A DNA stretch of 64,000 bases. Source: the human T2T-CHM13v2.0 reference genome, Homo sapiens. A model generated the notes under the pieces. It did not search any database and had not been told where the DNA came from. It saw only the letters and a list, made by a program, of their open reading frames with translations. This document shows positions 42,299-57,700 of the stretch, one piece after another (position 1 is the first letter of the stretch; every line of letters starts with the position of its first letter). The stretch is from NCBI RefSeq assembly GCF_009914755.1, contig NC_060928.1. One strand, written 5' to 3'. Made by a program: the position numbers and the translations under genes.

Positions 42299-42380
42299 TG
42301 TGGTTGATGCAAAAGTAATTGCTGTTTTTGCCATTACTTTCAAAGGTAAAAACTGCAATTACTTTTGCACCAACTTAGTA
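42299..42380. mobile_element. MADE1 (Hsmar1-derived MITE)
   Basis: GGTTGATGCAAAAGTAATTGCTGTTTTTGCCATTACTTTCAAAGGTAAAAACTGCAATTACTTTTGCACCAAC; palindromic terminal inverted repeats. Confidence 0.92.
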
Positions 42381-43437
42381 TTATTCATTCATTCATTTGT
42401 CAATATCATGTCTTCTCTCACCCAAATCTTACATCACTGAGTGTAAGGCCCAACTTCTTCGTACCTGTATTCTGAATGCTTAGAGAACTGTCCGTAATAT
42501 AAGTGATCAATATATATTTACTGAATAAATACATTAATGAACTTGGCAATGCATTAATTTACTATTCCTTTTAGCCTTTTAAGATTCTATTCATTTTTTT
42601 AAAGAGTATATTGAATGCTATTTCTTTCACAGAACTTTATCTGCAAACTGATTGTGACACTTTCTTTTAACCACTGTAGAATTATATCATTATGTTAATT
42701 CTGATTTTAAATATTTTTTCAATTCCTCTGTCTAATAACTAGATAGCGATAACTTCAGAGAAAACAGCTAAAATTTATGAGCTTGATATCCATAATGTAA
42801 TGTGAATTTCTGGCTCACAGTAAATACATAATCTAAAAGCATGTATGTTTACTTATTTATGTCTTTGCTCTCTATCTACTTATTGATGTTTGTTGTCTAT
42901 CTCAGAATGAGAGTTTGGACTTATTTTTTATTCAACCCTATATCCTCATCTCGTACTGAGGAACTGGCAAGTAGGAGAAACCTAATAAATAACTGCTGAA
43001 AGAAAGAATATCTAAATATTGTTTCACTAAATATAACATTTCGTAAAATATTCTTAAACCTTGTCAGTGAGAATCTTAGTAATATCATCTGTTAAATTTA
43101 TTTTAAGCTTGCTATAACTTCACTAGTCATTTAAATGTCTATTTTATCAAGCAGTCTTAACATTACTAGAATTTTAATTATGCCTAATTTTATCTGCAAA
43201 TAGTTAATTTAATATTTTATAAATATTTACAAAAATATATATGTCAAGTTCTAGGTATAGTGTGGATAGAAAATTTGTTATCTGAGAGTAAGCAATGTAC
43301 ACTCTGATTTATATGTTTCAACTTTCTAACAGTGACTTAGGTGTCTCAGCTTACTCTGTAAAGCACTTTGTAGATTCTTAGTCTATACTTACTGTTCCTA
43401 AATGTAGAAGAGAGATGTAAACAAGGGTAACTTAGGG

Positions 43438-43476
43438 ATAGGTTGCTTCAAAAGTAATTGTGGTTTTTGCCTAATA
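43438..43476. mobile_element. MADE1 half-element
   Basis: ATAGGTTGCTTCAAAAGTAATTGTGGTTTTTGCCTAATA: one TIR joined to the terminal CCTAATA. Confidence 0.65.
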
Positions 43477-44772
43477 TTTCTACCTAGTATTTTACCTAAG
43501 TAAACCAGCAGCAAATAGGATAAATATTTTGTACTATAGGATTTAAATACTATGTACAAATTCCAGTTATTTCACCTAAAAATAGAGATTAAAGTAATAT
43601 AATTATTGTAGAAAATATTTTAGGACAAATATAATATAGGTGGCATACATTAAAATCAATCATATCTAAATTATCCTCAATGGTGCATAGCAATTATGAG
43701 TAACAATACGGTGTTACTAAATTGTTTCATAAAACCTTAGCCCAAAGAGTTTTATAGCATCACTTATTTTACAGAATGCTGCTTAAATTACTGAAAATAG
43801 TTCTATGAGGACATTTTATACGGAATAAATAAAAGTGTTTTGTTAGCCAGTGAAATATAAGAAAGAAATTAAAAGTTATAAACAAAGAGAAATAACACAT
43901 TTTAAAATGCATCTTGAAGATTAATGTGTTCTATTGGCTATGTTTACTATTTGAGCATAAAATATCAAGACTAACTAGTAAAGAAAATTTATGAAAAACA
44001 TTAAAATAATCAGATGCCCTAGACTTATGCAACAATTCAGTGCACCCATAATGCAATGTTTTGTTTGGTTATTTATGTATTTTTACTTCAAATCAAGCCC
44101 TGCTACTGGCACACTGTTTTATGCTGACTTTGATCAAGTGACAAGGTTCACTTAGCTACACAATAGATGTCCCAGAATAATCGCAGGCAACTTCACAAAG
44201 CTGCTTCCTTAGTTTCACTTCACAGATAACCTGCCTTATTACCTATCTTCATGTTCAATTAATGGTTGCAGTTCCCTTGTTTCATTATCATTTTAACATT
44301 TAATCAATCCTAATTAAACGAGAGCTGAAGATTCTCAACACACTCCACCTCATCTATTACAGAAGTTCTTATTTTTTCCTACAAATGTTCATTGCATTTG
44401 CTCCAACTTAACACTTTCATAAAATTCTTTGACAAAGATTGATTACTGGATAGTAACTCAACTTTAACTGTGTTTCAAGTCCATTTTTCTAAATATAAAA
44501 AGAAGACATTGTCAATGGATTTGCTTCTAAATTAAATGTGTATATCTTCCTGATATATACACATAAATTAGATTAATATAGTCATATAAGTGAAGCTAAA
44601 TAAGCAAGTTGTAGATTTTAGTGGAAGAGGTTGATATGAAATGTAAAGAAGAAATTTCATCATGTATTTATCACTTCAATCATTAAAGAAATACGTATTG
44701 AGAATCTCCTTTGGGTTGGATGTTTTAATAGTTACTGGGAATACAGTAGACAAAGGTAAAAGAAAGCAAGTG

Positions 44773-45400
44773 ATGGCTGTTGGCAGAAATGTAAAATGGT
44801 GCAGCTGCTATGGAAAACAGTATGGAGATTCCTCAAAAACTTAAAAATAGAATTACTGTATGATCCAGCAATTCTATTTTAAAGTATATACTAAAAAGAA
44901 TTGAAAGCAGATCTCAAAGAAATAATTGCATACTCATGTTTATTACAGCACTATTCACAATAGCCAAGAGGTGAAAGTAAACCCAATCTCCATCAATGGA
45001 TGAATCCATTTTTAAAAAGTAGCATGTACATACAATGGAATATTATTCAGCCTTTAAAATAAAGGAAATCCTGTCAAACACTACAGTATGGATGAACTGT
45101 GAGGACATTCATTATACTAAGTGAAATTCATTATACTAAGTTAAATAAGTCACTCACAGAGAGACATAGACTGTATGATTCCATTTATATGAGGTATCTA
45201 AACTATTTAAACTCAGAGAAACAAAAGGTAGAATGATGGTTGTCAATGGCTGGGGGAAGGGAAAATGGAGAGTTGCTATTCAATGAGTACGGTTTCAGAT
45301 TTTCAAGATGGAAAAGTTTTAAAGATCTGTTGCACAACAATGTACATAGAGTTAACACTACTGTATCGCAAATTAAAATGATTCAAATAGTAATTTTGTG
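44773..45400 (+). mobile_element. L1MB-type 3' end
   Basis: AATGTAAAATGGTGCAGCTGCTATGGAAAACAGTATGG...GATCCAGCAATTC...GTATGATTCCATTTATATGAGGTATCTA. Confidence 0.88.
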
Positions 45401-47261
45401 TAGTTTTCTTTAACCTATAATTTTAAAGAGGTTCATTCTCAAGTTTATCCCCATCTTAGAGATGCAAACTGATATTTTAAAGTATAGTAACTAGGAAGGG
45501 GCAAAACTGGGATTCACATCCACCTACCACAATCTAACAACCTTGATTTTTCCACCTTCCATACTGGTAGCTTCAATCTTTTTTCTCCAAGAAAAAAGAC
45601 CAGGTTTATAGGTACCTGTATTGTAGCAGAAACTTTTCCAGATGGCAAATATATGCTTATTAGTGATGAATCACCTGCACACAGATTTGAGGATCACAAG
45701 TAATTTTCAACCTCATAAGTGGAAGAAGCTGATAACATTGGTATGTTCTCTGCTCTGGCGAAGACTGATTCCTAAATACAGGCAAATAGATGTAAGATTT
45801 TGATGGATCTGTGTTTGAGGACTTAAGAACAATAGAAGCAACTATAAGATCAAAGCAACTCCTAATTTAAATTATTGGGCAATAAAAAGTCATGTATCCG
45901 AAGTTTAGCATCATCTTCCTCATATCAGACTCTGTTTTGTCAATTTAACATTTATTCTTTCCATTAAATTTTTCTCAATCTAACATACAATTTCTCTGAT
46001 TCTCCAACTTACCTATTTTCATTTCTTCTCTCTTTCTTTTGCTCCATAAAGTTATAAAGTTATATTTTCCTTTTTCTCCAAGATTGTAGCTTTCTCTGTC
46101 TCTCCTGATTCAACCATGACTTTGATGGACTCCTGACCTTCATTTTAGCATCCCTCTATTGCTCACACAACTTTGTGATCTGGAGATTTCCTCCTCTGCA
46201 TTCACACATGCTCATTCTCCTGTTTCCCTGAGCATGACATTGAAAAACACAAGCAGAGGAAATGGCAAAATAATGATGGGCATCCTCTAAGAATTAGGAC
46301 ATTCTTATTATTATTGCAAATATTTAGGCTGCAGACACCCTTCCTTTTTCATAATGCCAAAAGCCAATGTGTAGCATCAACATTTTTTGGCAAAACAGAG
46401 TCTGAAACTAAACCCCTCTTTCTTCTTTTTATTACTCCTAAGTGTACACCTATAATGCAAGTTAGTATTTATTTTTAAGATATTGAATGTCTTGGAAGAA
46501 CAATATCATATAAAATGTATTATCATATATTTAATCCCCAGGAAATCTTATTACCAAAAAATGGAAAAGAGTATACACTGGGGTGCTAGCTTGTTTAATT
46601 TCTTTTTTTTTTTTTTTTTTTGCATTAGGATGATTTTTACTTCAACTTCTGCTCCACACACATTTCTGTCAGTATAAGTCACCTCTTCTACTCTCTGATA
46701 AAGTTCTCCTGTTTTTAACCTAACTGGAACAATTTCTTACCCTTGGCATTGCCCTCATGCTCATATTTGTCAGACTACTGCAGTGTTAATACTGAATTAT
46801 GCAATTGTTAGCATATGTTTTATGTTTGCTAAATGATTGATTCTCTGTTTAATGTATTTTGCAAGGAATGTCTTAATAATGAGAAAGGTGATAAGAATTA
46901 TAAAACTGATATTACATGGATGCTTCCCATTAGTCCATGAGTGTATGGTTATGCAAAAATAACTGAGGAATGGAATTTACTTAATATAAATATCTTTAAG
47001 ACATAAGAATTTTTAGTAGTGTGGCTAAAACCACACTTTCTTTTCTACTCCAAAATTGCATAAATTTTGTTTTGGGAATTCATAAAATTTGGTTAAGCAA
47101 TTTGGAATTTAAACCAAGGGAAATTATTTTATATCTGGACTTCTGTAAAATATCATGATCTGTGTTCTAAATTCATATTGCACATAAGAAGTAAATAATT
47201 TAGCATTTAAAGTCCTAGATTTAAAAATAGGTATTTCTTACATTCAAAAATGTTTGAAGAG

Positions 47262-47509
47262 GGGAATGTCATGTGAACATGAACTGAAACGTAGGATGCT
47301 TTGTCTGCAAGGTAACGAATGCTAGGGATTGCTGGAAAATCATCAGAAGCATGGCCCAGATTCTCCCTCACAGCCTCAGAAGAAATCTACCCTGCCAACA
47401 CCTTGATCTCAGACTTCTAGCCTCTAGAACTCAAACACAACACATGTTCGTTGTTTAAGACACCCAATGTGCCTTCTTTTGTTATGACAGCCCTAGCAAA
47501 CTAAGACAA
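47262..47509 (+). mobile_element. MLT1 (B/C-like) LTR fragment
   Basis: AGATTCTCCCTCACAGCCTCAGAAG...CCCTGCCAACACCTTGATCTCAGACTTCTAGCCTCTAGAAC...CAGCCCTAGCAAACTAAGACA. Confidence 0.85.
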
Positions 47510-48866
47510 ACAATGTAGGAAAAGCACAAGAGACACTGCTGCCTGGATTCCCAGCACCTGTTAACACACAGATCTGAAGGGTCAGAGGGATGAGGAAAAG
47601 TTACTGGTCCCTACAGAAAAGAAAGACTGTAGGGAGGTGACACTTTACTTAGAGGGATGCAGCCGGTCCAGGAAATTGCTTAAGCCGAATGGGGGAAAAT
47701 ACCTTAAGTTGGCTTTGCCAGTTCCCATTTACAGATGTCTTTACAGATGTCTTTTCTGAGTCACCTACTTGATGAATTCAACTGAAAAGCCAGTGATATT
47801 ATCCTCTCATGTTTCAGTCCTGGGAGGCATAGAGTGGAGTGGAGATGGCTAGAGATGCATATGGAGGGGCAGAAAAAAATATTCACCACGCTCTCAGTAG
47901 CCTTTAGAGTATTTATTTATTTATTAACTGATTACTAAATTTCTATCATAGAGGTTTATTTAGAGTTGGAGTAATCTGAATTAAAAGATACTTTTTTAAA
48001 AAATCTTTGGAGTCTAGCCAAATTCTATTTCTCTAAGAAGGATTTCCACAGAATATTTTTATCTAAAAGGATAGTAAGCATAGAAGGTGGGCAAAAAGTG
48101 CTGGAAAGTGACAATCATTGCTTATAACTTTCATTATATGGAATGTTGATTGTATGCGAAAATATGATAGACACCATAATAATTAATGTATTAAAAACTA
48201 TCATAGTGCTTGTGCTAGGGTGAGGTGTTGTTATACAGGATAATATACAGAAACAGGAAAGCATAATCAATTGTGAAAAATTTGGAAAATATGGGTTTTT
48301 ATGTTAACAGTTTTTAAAATCAACTATACACATAAGTGACCTACATAGCTAGAAATTCTGCAGACAAATGTATACTGGCATCTTAGTGTTTGAAGTGGAA
48401 TAATTTCCCGAAAAGCATTAAGTCACAGAAACCATAATAATTGAAGCAGTTTTCTCAAAAAAAAAAAAAATTCCAGGCCAAGAATGCAATCACAACACTT
48501 TCCACACGTCATTGGCATTGTGACATTCTCCGTCATTCGGGATTCAAACCGTGCATTCAGTGCAAATTCTTCAATCTTCCTAATAAAAAGTTTTTAACAT
48601 CCAAGCTCTTTTTATTACATATCATAACATTGCTCTGATCAGCTTGTCAAATATATATTTCTTTCCTTTCCATTGTCCCTGTCCTAGTGCAGATTTTCAG
48701 TACATTTCCTGGGATGATTGAAGTAGACACTTAATTGGTTTCTCTGCTTCAGGTCTTTCTTATCTTCATTCCTTTCTACACATTTCTTCCAGATTAATCT
48801 TTCTAAAGGATTGCCCACATCATGTCATTATCCACTAAACAGCCTGGCATGGTTTTCCATTGCTCC

Positions 48867-48972
48867 AGTGACCATATAATTTGTCATCCAAACTGGAAGA
48901 CATTTGAGAGTGAAAGAGGCATGATTAATAATCACTCTCAGTCAACAGGTGTAAACCAGGATTCTCCTGGCT
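48867..48972. mobile_element. MER94 (hAT-Blackjack)
   Basis: AGTGACCATATAATTTGTCATCCAAACTGG...TTTGAGAGTGAAAGAGG...CAACAGGTGTAAACCAGGA. Confidence 0.75.
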
Positions 48973-49463
48973 TCTATCCATTCCTGCAACCCTTCTTTGA
49001 TTTCTTCCAAAATTTTCATTAATCCTATTCAGACAAACTGAATTACTATAAATCTTGACTACTCACTTTAGTTTTTCCATTATTTAGTTGTGGATTCATA
49101 GCTTTCAGATTTTTTGAGGATTAAATTAGATAATATAAATACATGGAACACACTGGGCACTCAAAGAATGTTTCTGTCCATCTTATTTAATCAATGTCAT
49201 TAAAATATATGCAGAATATCCACTCTTAACATAGAACACTGGCAATAAATATCAGGTTGGTAGTTTTACATCTGCTGACATTGTTAAACACTAATTAATC
49301 AAAATGTTTCTTATAGTTTTTTGGATAAGTCTCTGCAAAAAAATTTTATTACTTTTCAGCAATGATAAATATAAATTTGGATTGATAAAACAGTAACATT
49401 TGGGCTCATGCACACATAACCCCATTATAAACCATTCTGATTTTTTTGTTATATTTTGGAATG

Positions 49464-49464
<1 letters not shown>

Positions 49465-49508
<44 letters not shown>
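49465..49508. repeat. (AC)~22 microsatellite
   Basis: Pure AC run. Confidence 0.95.
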
Positions 49509-49511
<3 letters not shown>

Positions 49512-50724
49512 TAAGGTAAAACTAATTTTTAATTTAAATTGTTATATCATGTTTTCTGTAACAATTTAGAATTTTAGTTTTTTGAACGATTACTGTATAA
49601 TTTGAAACGAAATTTGATGTCCCCTTCATTGAACAATTCAGGAATGTTAAATTATATTTCAATTAGGATGTAGAAAGTAAACTCTGCCTTCAAGAATGTC
49701 TTGGGCATATGTCAGAAGGATATTCTTCTATATAAACTATAAGCAATTCATTATTTCATGAATAAATATATGTAAAATGGTCTTTAATGAGATAAATTTG
49801 ATCACTTTGAGTCAGTGTATTATGAATGTGGCCTATATTAGGATATCATTCTCCATAGATTAAAATAAAATTAACAAGAATCTGTTCCCTGTACTATAAT
49901 TTATCAAATTAAATTTCGTGATACTAATGGTGAGTTTTTTCATGTTTGTTTCTTCCTTTAAATATTTAATCTAGCAGAATAAACTTTACTTCTAGCATCT
50001 TATTTTCAGTCTTTTAATTTTTGCCATATGATGTACATATTACCAGAGCATTAATCCCCAATGATATTACATTCTATATATTTTCAACAGAGATTTTTAT
50101 GGATTTTGATATGTTTAATTATTTAAATTCTTTTATTTTTGTGGTTCAACTGCACTTATTCAATATTTTTAATTTAGTAGGAGTTATTATTACTCATTCC
50201 ATGATGGATATTCTCCCTCAAATATACATTCAGAATTATAAATAAGATATATTTTGCATATATTGTTTAAAATAATGCTAATTTTTATAATTCACTCACA
50301 GTGTACTTTGCTTCCCAAAGAAAAGTGTAATCAGTTATAAATTCTTGTCAAATGTTATATTGATATTTTAAAAATCTAAAATGTTCTTAACCATGAATAG
50401 TTGAACGATCTGAATAGTGCATACAGTAATTTTGGAATACTATTAATTTGTTTAGAATTTTCTTTTACTAGCGAAGTAACTTTAACCCACTTCTGTCTGC
50501 AGTATCACAAGTTTTTATTAGTAATGCTTTAAATATTGATTACATCCTTGTAATCTTATTTTTAAAAAGTCTAAAATCCCTTGGTTCAAACTGTATACTT
50601 GAAACCTCACCTTCACTAAGTTATAGTATAATTTAGTACAAAAAACTATATTGGTGTAATACAAATATTTACTTCTTGGAAATGTATTAGTTAGAATTAT
50701 ATATGAGAATTCTGTACTTACATC

Positions 50725-51073
50725 TTTTCTTTTCTTTTTTTTTTTTTTTGAGACGTAGTCTCGCCCTGTCTCCCAGGCTGGAGTGCAGTGGGGCGACCTC
50801 TGCTCTCTGCAAGCTCCGCCTCCCGGGTTCACGCCATTCTCCTGCCTCAGCCAGCTCCGCCTCCCGGGTTCACGCGCCATTCTCCTGCCTCAGCCTCCCG
50901 AGTAGCTGGGACTACAGGTGCCTGCCACCATGCCCAGCTAATTTTTTGTGTTTTTAGTAGAGACGGGGTTTCACCGTGTTAGCCAGGATGGTCTCGATCT
51001 CCTGACCTCGTGATCCGCCCGCCTCGGCTACCCAAAGTGCTGGGATTACAGGCGTGAGCCACTGCACCCGGCC
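50725..51073 (-). mobile_element. AluY with an internal 41-bp tandem duplication
   Basis: Copies at 50812-50852 and 50853-50895; TSD ACATCTTTTC (50720-29, 51074-83). Confidence 0.95.
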
Positions 51074-52749
51074 ACATCTTTTCAGACTAAGAATTATTGA
51101 CACTTATACTTTCTGAACCAGAATTTATCATCATTACAATAAATATGTACAGAGTAATGTAGTTTCTGGCCAAAACATAAATGTGAAGTTTCGTTCTAAA
51201 AATTTATTTTAATTAAACTGTAGAATTCCAGATTTAGTAGGTGCCTTAAAGATGCTTTGTTGAAGAAGTTTTCCTACCACATCCTTGAGGTATGGCCATC
51301 CAAACTTCTACTTAAAGAGCCAAGGAGCAAGGTCACACAAGGTAGTTTAATGTTGGATAATTCTCAATGTAATTATTGAAGTAACAAGAAAAAGTAACTG
51401 AAATGACTTGGAGCTCAAAACTAACACCTGGCTTGACTATTTAGAATGTCAAAGAATATGGGCATATACTGATTTCACTTATAAAATAATAAAAAGACAT
51501 ATTTAACTTTTATTCTCAATTTTTATACATTAGACAGCATTCATCACACAAAACATACATAGATCATTCAATCATAACTCAGGATGTTAAGGATTATACA
51601 AGACACATGTTGTTTACCTGAAAAGAAAATAAGATCTTTAAATGGGCCTACAACATTGAAGAAAAATTAGTGTTCATTTTGCTTTCAGTATGTCCATTCT
51701 ACTGATTTGATTAATATAGGTTGATTTTTCACTCAAGTATGAAGAATTATTGATATTTCAACTCATTTTTATGTCTATTGTGTGAGATTTAATTAATTTT
51801 GATGATCTCATGGTGTTTTATTGAAATGTATAGAAATCCTTGTGATTTATCTAGCAAGGTGATTATTAAAAGTTTTGACTTGTGAAGGGAATGACCTTTG
51901 TCTGCACTTTGCTGATGTTAACATATTCTTATTTCGAGTTAATGTTTACTTAGAGCAGAAATGTGTCACGGTAGGTATACATTGGTGTGTGCATGGAATC
52001 TCACTTTCAAGCCTGCCACACTTGAGAGTAGTACTGAGTAGGAAGGTCATACCTTGCATTTAAACATTAGCTTTATGTTAATTCAAAATTTTCTGAGAGC
52101 TGTTATGACTGTCCTTAGTATCTAATATTCAGAGCCCAAATTATGACATTTTTCTTTGTCTTAAGAACAAATATACCCAGAAAAATTGATAAATCATTTA
52201 TTAGACACACATTAAACAAAGTCATTTCATTTTCTAAGCATTGTGCTAAGCTAAGAAGGTATAATTTTTCCCTCAAAGAAAAGAACAAAGAATAACAATA
52301 ATGCAATATTTTAATAAAATAATAAAGGTGTACAATTAAACCTAAAAAGAACTAATGCTTTTTTGGTGATCATTGGTATATTCTAATTACACAGATGAAG
52401 AAATTGAGGTCAGATAACCTTTAATTTGTCCAAGGTCAGTCAGTGTGGAGCTGAGATTTGAGCCCATGGACTATGGCTCCATGTACTATGCTACTTGCAG
52501 TTAACCAGATGGCAAAGACAATGTTATGACAGATAAGGAATTTCATGTTCATGGGTAATGAAAAAAATCTCTTTTGTATATGGTAGTAAATTTCACCTAA
52601 ATTAATTTAAACTCAAATAAATGCAAACTTTAAATGATTTTTTGACCCACAAAGTTAATAAGAAACTATACTTCTTCAAATCTGAGTCTATGGGTGTTTG
52701 TGTATACATATATACATATGTATGTATGTGTGCGAATACACACACACAT

Positions 52750-53075
52750 ATGAAAACTTGAGGCAAATTAAATTTAGCAAAGTTAATTTGATCAAAGAAC
52801 TACTCATGAGTCAGACAGCACTCAGAACCAGAAAATGTTCAGAGAGCTCCACCTAGCAAGGTGAGAAGTTAACCTGTATAGGGTGAACACAGAAGCAACG
52901 TAGACAAATCATCACATTGGCTATAGCTAAGCATTTGTTTTATTTGGGTATGGATTGATTAACTGGCTGCCTATGATTGGATGAATCTTGGCTGTTTGTG
53001 ACTGTGTGAAGCCTATATATTCATTATAAAAATATATATATACTCCTAAGTAAGGTTTCAGCAGCCTGAGACTAA
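52750..53075 (-). mobile_element. ERV1-class LTR (MER31/MER67-like)
   Basis: AAATTAAATTTAGCAAAG...CAAAGAAC...CAGCACTCAGAACCAGAAAATGTTCAGAGAGCTCC...GGCTGCCTATGATTGG. Confidence 0.6.
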
Positions 53076-54089
53076 GAGCCTCCTGCCTATTTACACACAC
53101 ACACACACACATACACACACACACACACGTTTCCTCTACATAATCTGGAAATGAGAAGCATGTGGACTACATTCTTCCAAATATTATTGCCATTAAAATC
53201 TGAATTGCCAAAAATGAAAACATTATCCTGAGATGTGTGTGTATTTTAAATTTAATCACTCATTACTCTGTGCTTAATGGTCTTTTTTTTTCTTTATTTC
53301 TAATTAGGTTGAATGTACTGGTTACACTTTATCAAACAACTCATGTTTTTTAAGGAATAAGTTATTTCTTATTTCTTCTGCACCTTTCATGTTGTAGTTA
53401 TATACATATATGTATATATATATGTCAAATCACATGTTCTTTAATTTTTCTATTAGCAATGTTGGAACACTCTAAGAATATGAGGTAAATAGAAGTAATG
53501 TTGCTATCCTCTTGAAAACAATGTTATTAAAATTGCATGACATAGGCAAGTTCAAAGCAATGATTTTTAAAGGTATAAAATCATATATTACATGAAAAGT
53601 TTTAGCTTGGTGTAATTTTACTGTTTTAAAATCCATTAATAGTTTTCTTCACAAGGTTATTGAGTATCTTAAAGCAATCAAAACTATCAGATTAATTATT
53701 CATAATTAGTATGTCCGCTCCTGCTTACTTTTTATTGTGATTTCTATATATATATTTTTTTCCTTTTGGTATGAGGAATCAAATAAACTTTTTTTTTCCA
53801 GGCCTCTATTTAATTAATTTTAATTCAATTTAATTTTCATGTGAGGTGTGCTCTTTTAATTTTGATGAGCTAAGTTATGTATCTACATTCAAGAAGGTGC
53901 TACTTTTGGTTTTAAAAAAAGAATAAAACAAAATAATTTGTTCCATTTTCACATGATTCCTTGTGGTTTCTAAATAAACACCATAACCTATAAGGTTATA
54001 AAGGCTGATTACTTTATAGCAAGTGAATGAATCTAAAGCTAAACATATTTTCTCTGTTTCTCTAGAAGTTAATCACTCAACTGAGCTTA

Positions 54090-54430
54090 TTCATTTGTTT
54101 AGTCATTCAAATAAATATTGACAACTTATTGTGTGACAGGCAGAGAAAAACAGAGTTACAAGAATTATTATTTTTGACAGAGTAATGAGGGAAGATGTCT
54201 TGAATATTAAACATTTCAGTAGACACCTGAAAGTTGTGTATGAGAAAGCCACACGATTTCTTGAGGGCAAGGGTTCCATGCAGAAAGAATGGTGAGTGCA
54301 GAGGGTCTGAGGAACAGTCTGCTTACTAAGTTTCAGAAACAGAAGAGGCTGGTATGATGGGAGTATAAGAAGTGAATATAGTGAAGGAGACAAAAACTGA
54401 GATGCACTGGGAAGTGGGAGGATGGGAGAA
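54090..54430 (-). mobile_element. L2 fragment
   Basis: CATTCAAATAAATATTGACAAC...TGTGACAGGCA...ACATTTCAGTAGACACCTGAA...GTGAGTGCAGAGGGTCTGAGG. Confidence 0.7.
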
Positions 54431-54436
54431 ACCATT

Positions 54437-54600
54437 ATTTTTTTAAATTTTACTTTAAGTTCTGAGATACAAGTGCAGAACGTACAGGTTTGTTACATAG
54501 GTATCCCTGTGCCATGGTGGTTTGCTGCACCTACCAACCTGTCATCCAGGTTTTAAGCTCCACATGCATTAGGTATTTGTGCTAATGCTCTCCCTTTTTT
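54437..54600 (-). mobile_element. L1PA 3' end
   Basis: TACTTTAAGTTCTGAGATACAAGTGCAGAACGTACAGGTTTGTTACATAGGTAT...GCCATGGTGGTTTGCTGCACC. Confidence 0.9.
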
Positions 54601-54922
54601 ACCATGTGAGAAAATTCCCTTAGGCCTGATATTGAAGTGCATATCAATGAGATTATAAACCATTTAATCCTTTTTGCCTGCCTTCTTTTTATCACCATCT
54701 TTGTGAGATTAGCCCATGTTGACTACTGTTTTTATAATTCATTCTTTGTTGTTGATGGGTAAGTATTCCATTGCAGGATTATTATCTTAATTTGTTTTCC
54801 ATTCTTCTGTTCATTACCTTTGCATATTGTTTCCCCTCTGAAAGTTATCATGAATAAAGCTGATATATTCTTCTTCAAGTTGGTCTGTTGACATATATTT
54901 TTATTTTTTCTTGACTTATATT

Positions 54923-55385
54923 TGTATTAGTTTTCTAGGGTTATTGTAGCAAAGTACCACAAACTAAGTGGCTCAAAACAATAGAAATATTGTATCACAG
55001 TTTTAGAGACTAGGAGCCTGAAATCAAGGTTCTGTCAGCTGGACCATGGTCTCTCTGAACACTGTAGCAGAATCGTTGCTTGCCCCTTCCTAGTTTCTGG
55101 TAGTTGGCTCGCAATTGTTGGCAGTCCTTGATGTGTGGCTGCATAACTCCAACCTCTGCCTTTGTTATCACATGATGTTTCCCTTGTGTGTCTTTATTGT
55201 TGCAAGCAGTTGTCTTATAAGGACACCAGTCATATTGGATCAGGGGCCCAGCCTCCTCCAGTAGGACCTCATCTTGGGTTAACTAATTATATCTGCAAGA
55301 ACCACATTTCCAAATAAAGTCAAATTCTGAAGTACTGGGGATTAGGACCTTAACATATATTTTTTTTGGAATAACACAATTCGAC
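54923..55385 (-). mobile_element. MLT1 (B/C-like) LTR nested in old L1M sequence
   Basis: TGTATTAGTTTTCTAGGG...AAAGTACCACAAACTAAGTGGCT...TCTTATAAGGACACCAGTCATATTGGAT...TTTCCAAATAAAGTCA. Confidence 0.85.
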
Positions 55386-55429
55386 CTTAACGAATATCCA
55401 GGAGTGGAAATGCTGGCTCATACGGTAGA

Positions 55430-55466
<37 letters not shown>

Positions 55467-55559
55467 TTACAATCCCAGTCCCATGAAAAATGAATGAGAA
55501 TTCCAATTTCACAAAGCTCGTATAGCAAGTTTGAGGTGACATCTAAATTTGGTTCTGTC

Positions 55560-56460
55560 TATTTACTGATGTATTATTTAATTTCTTGAAACAATATTTT
55601 GTAGTTTTCAGTATGAAATTATGCTTAAATTGTATTATATTTTAGCTAAGTGGGGGATACATTTTAGCACTGCTACTATATCTATAATTTTTATTTTATT
55701 TTTCAAATGTTTGTTGTTAATATATACATATGTAATAGATTTTTGCATATTGACTTATTTTCCTAAGAACCTGATAAACTCACTTATTAGTTTTAGCACA
55801 TTTGTATACATATTTAGGATTATGTAAACAACCATGTCATCAGCAATTTCTTTATATTCAGACATTCTACTTATTTTTCTGGTTAATCACTGAATATAAG
55901 ATGTGAGGATAAACATCACTGCATTTTTTTTTTTAGCTTATGAGGAAAGAATTCAACTTGTACCATTAAGCATGTTGTTAGTTGTAAGACGTTTGTAAAT
56001 GTCCTTTGGAAAATTAAGAATGTATTTTTCTATTACTACTTTGTTGAAAGTTTTTTTAAGTAGTAAGTGAAAGTGAGATTTTGTCACAAGATACCACTCA
56101 ATCCCTGAATAAACCCCATTTTACCATGTTGTGTAATGTTTTTGTGTATTGTTGAATGTGATTTGTTATAAAATGGTGAAATATTCTGTATCAGTGTTCA
56201 TAAAAGATACTTATCTTTCTTCTTCTTTTTTTTTTGTAATGTTCTTCCCAGCATTGAAAAGAGGATGATTCTGGTCTTTACAGTATGGCTTTAGTGTTCT
56301 TTTCTTTCTACTTTAAGAGTTTGGCCAAGGACAACGTTTTGAAATCCTGAAATATTGACCAGAAGTCAACAATGAGATCTTCTTATTCTGAAGTCTTCAT
56401 TGTAAGAAATATTCTGAATACAAATGCAATTATTAAATAGATATAGTTCTAATTATGTTA
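55560..56460 (-). mobile_element. Old L1M ORF2 fragments
   Basis: TTTTGTAGTTTTCAGT, GATTTTTGCATATTGAC, AACCATGTCATC, CCATTAAGCATGTTGTTAG, ATAAACCCCATTT. Confidence 0.65.
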
Positions 56461-56499
56461 TCATTGCTCACTCCTAATTACATTTATCTTCTCTACCCT

Positions 56500-57700
<1,201 letters not shown>

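Noticed and set aside
45107-47752. Short tandem duplications (19 bp at ~45107-45144; 12 bp TTTACAGATGTC at ~47728-47751)
   Set aside because: Ordinary slippage events with no sign of function.
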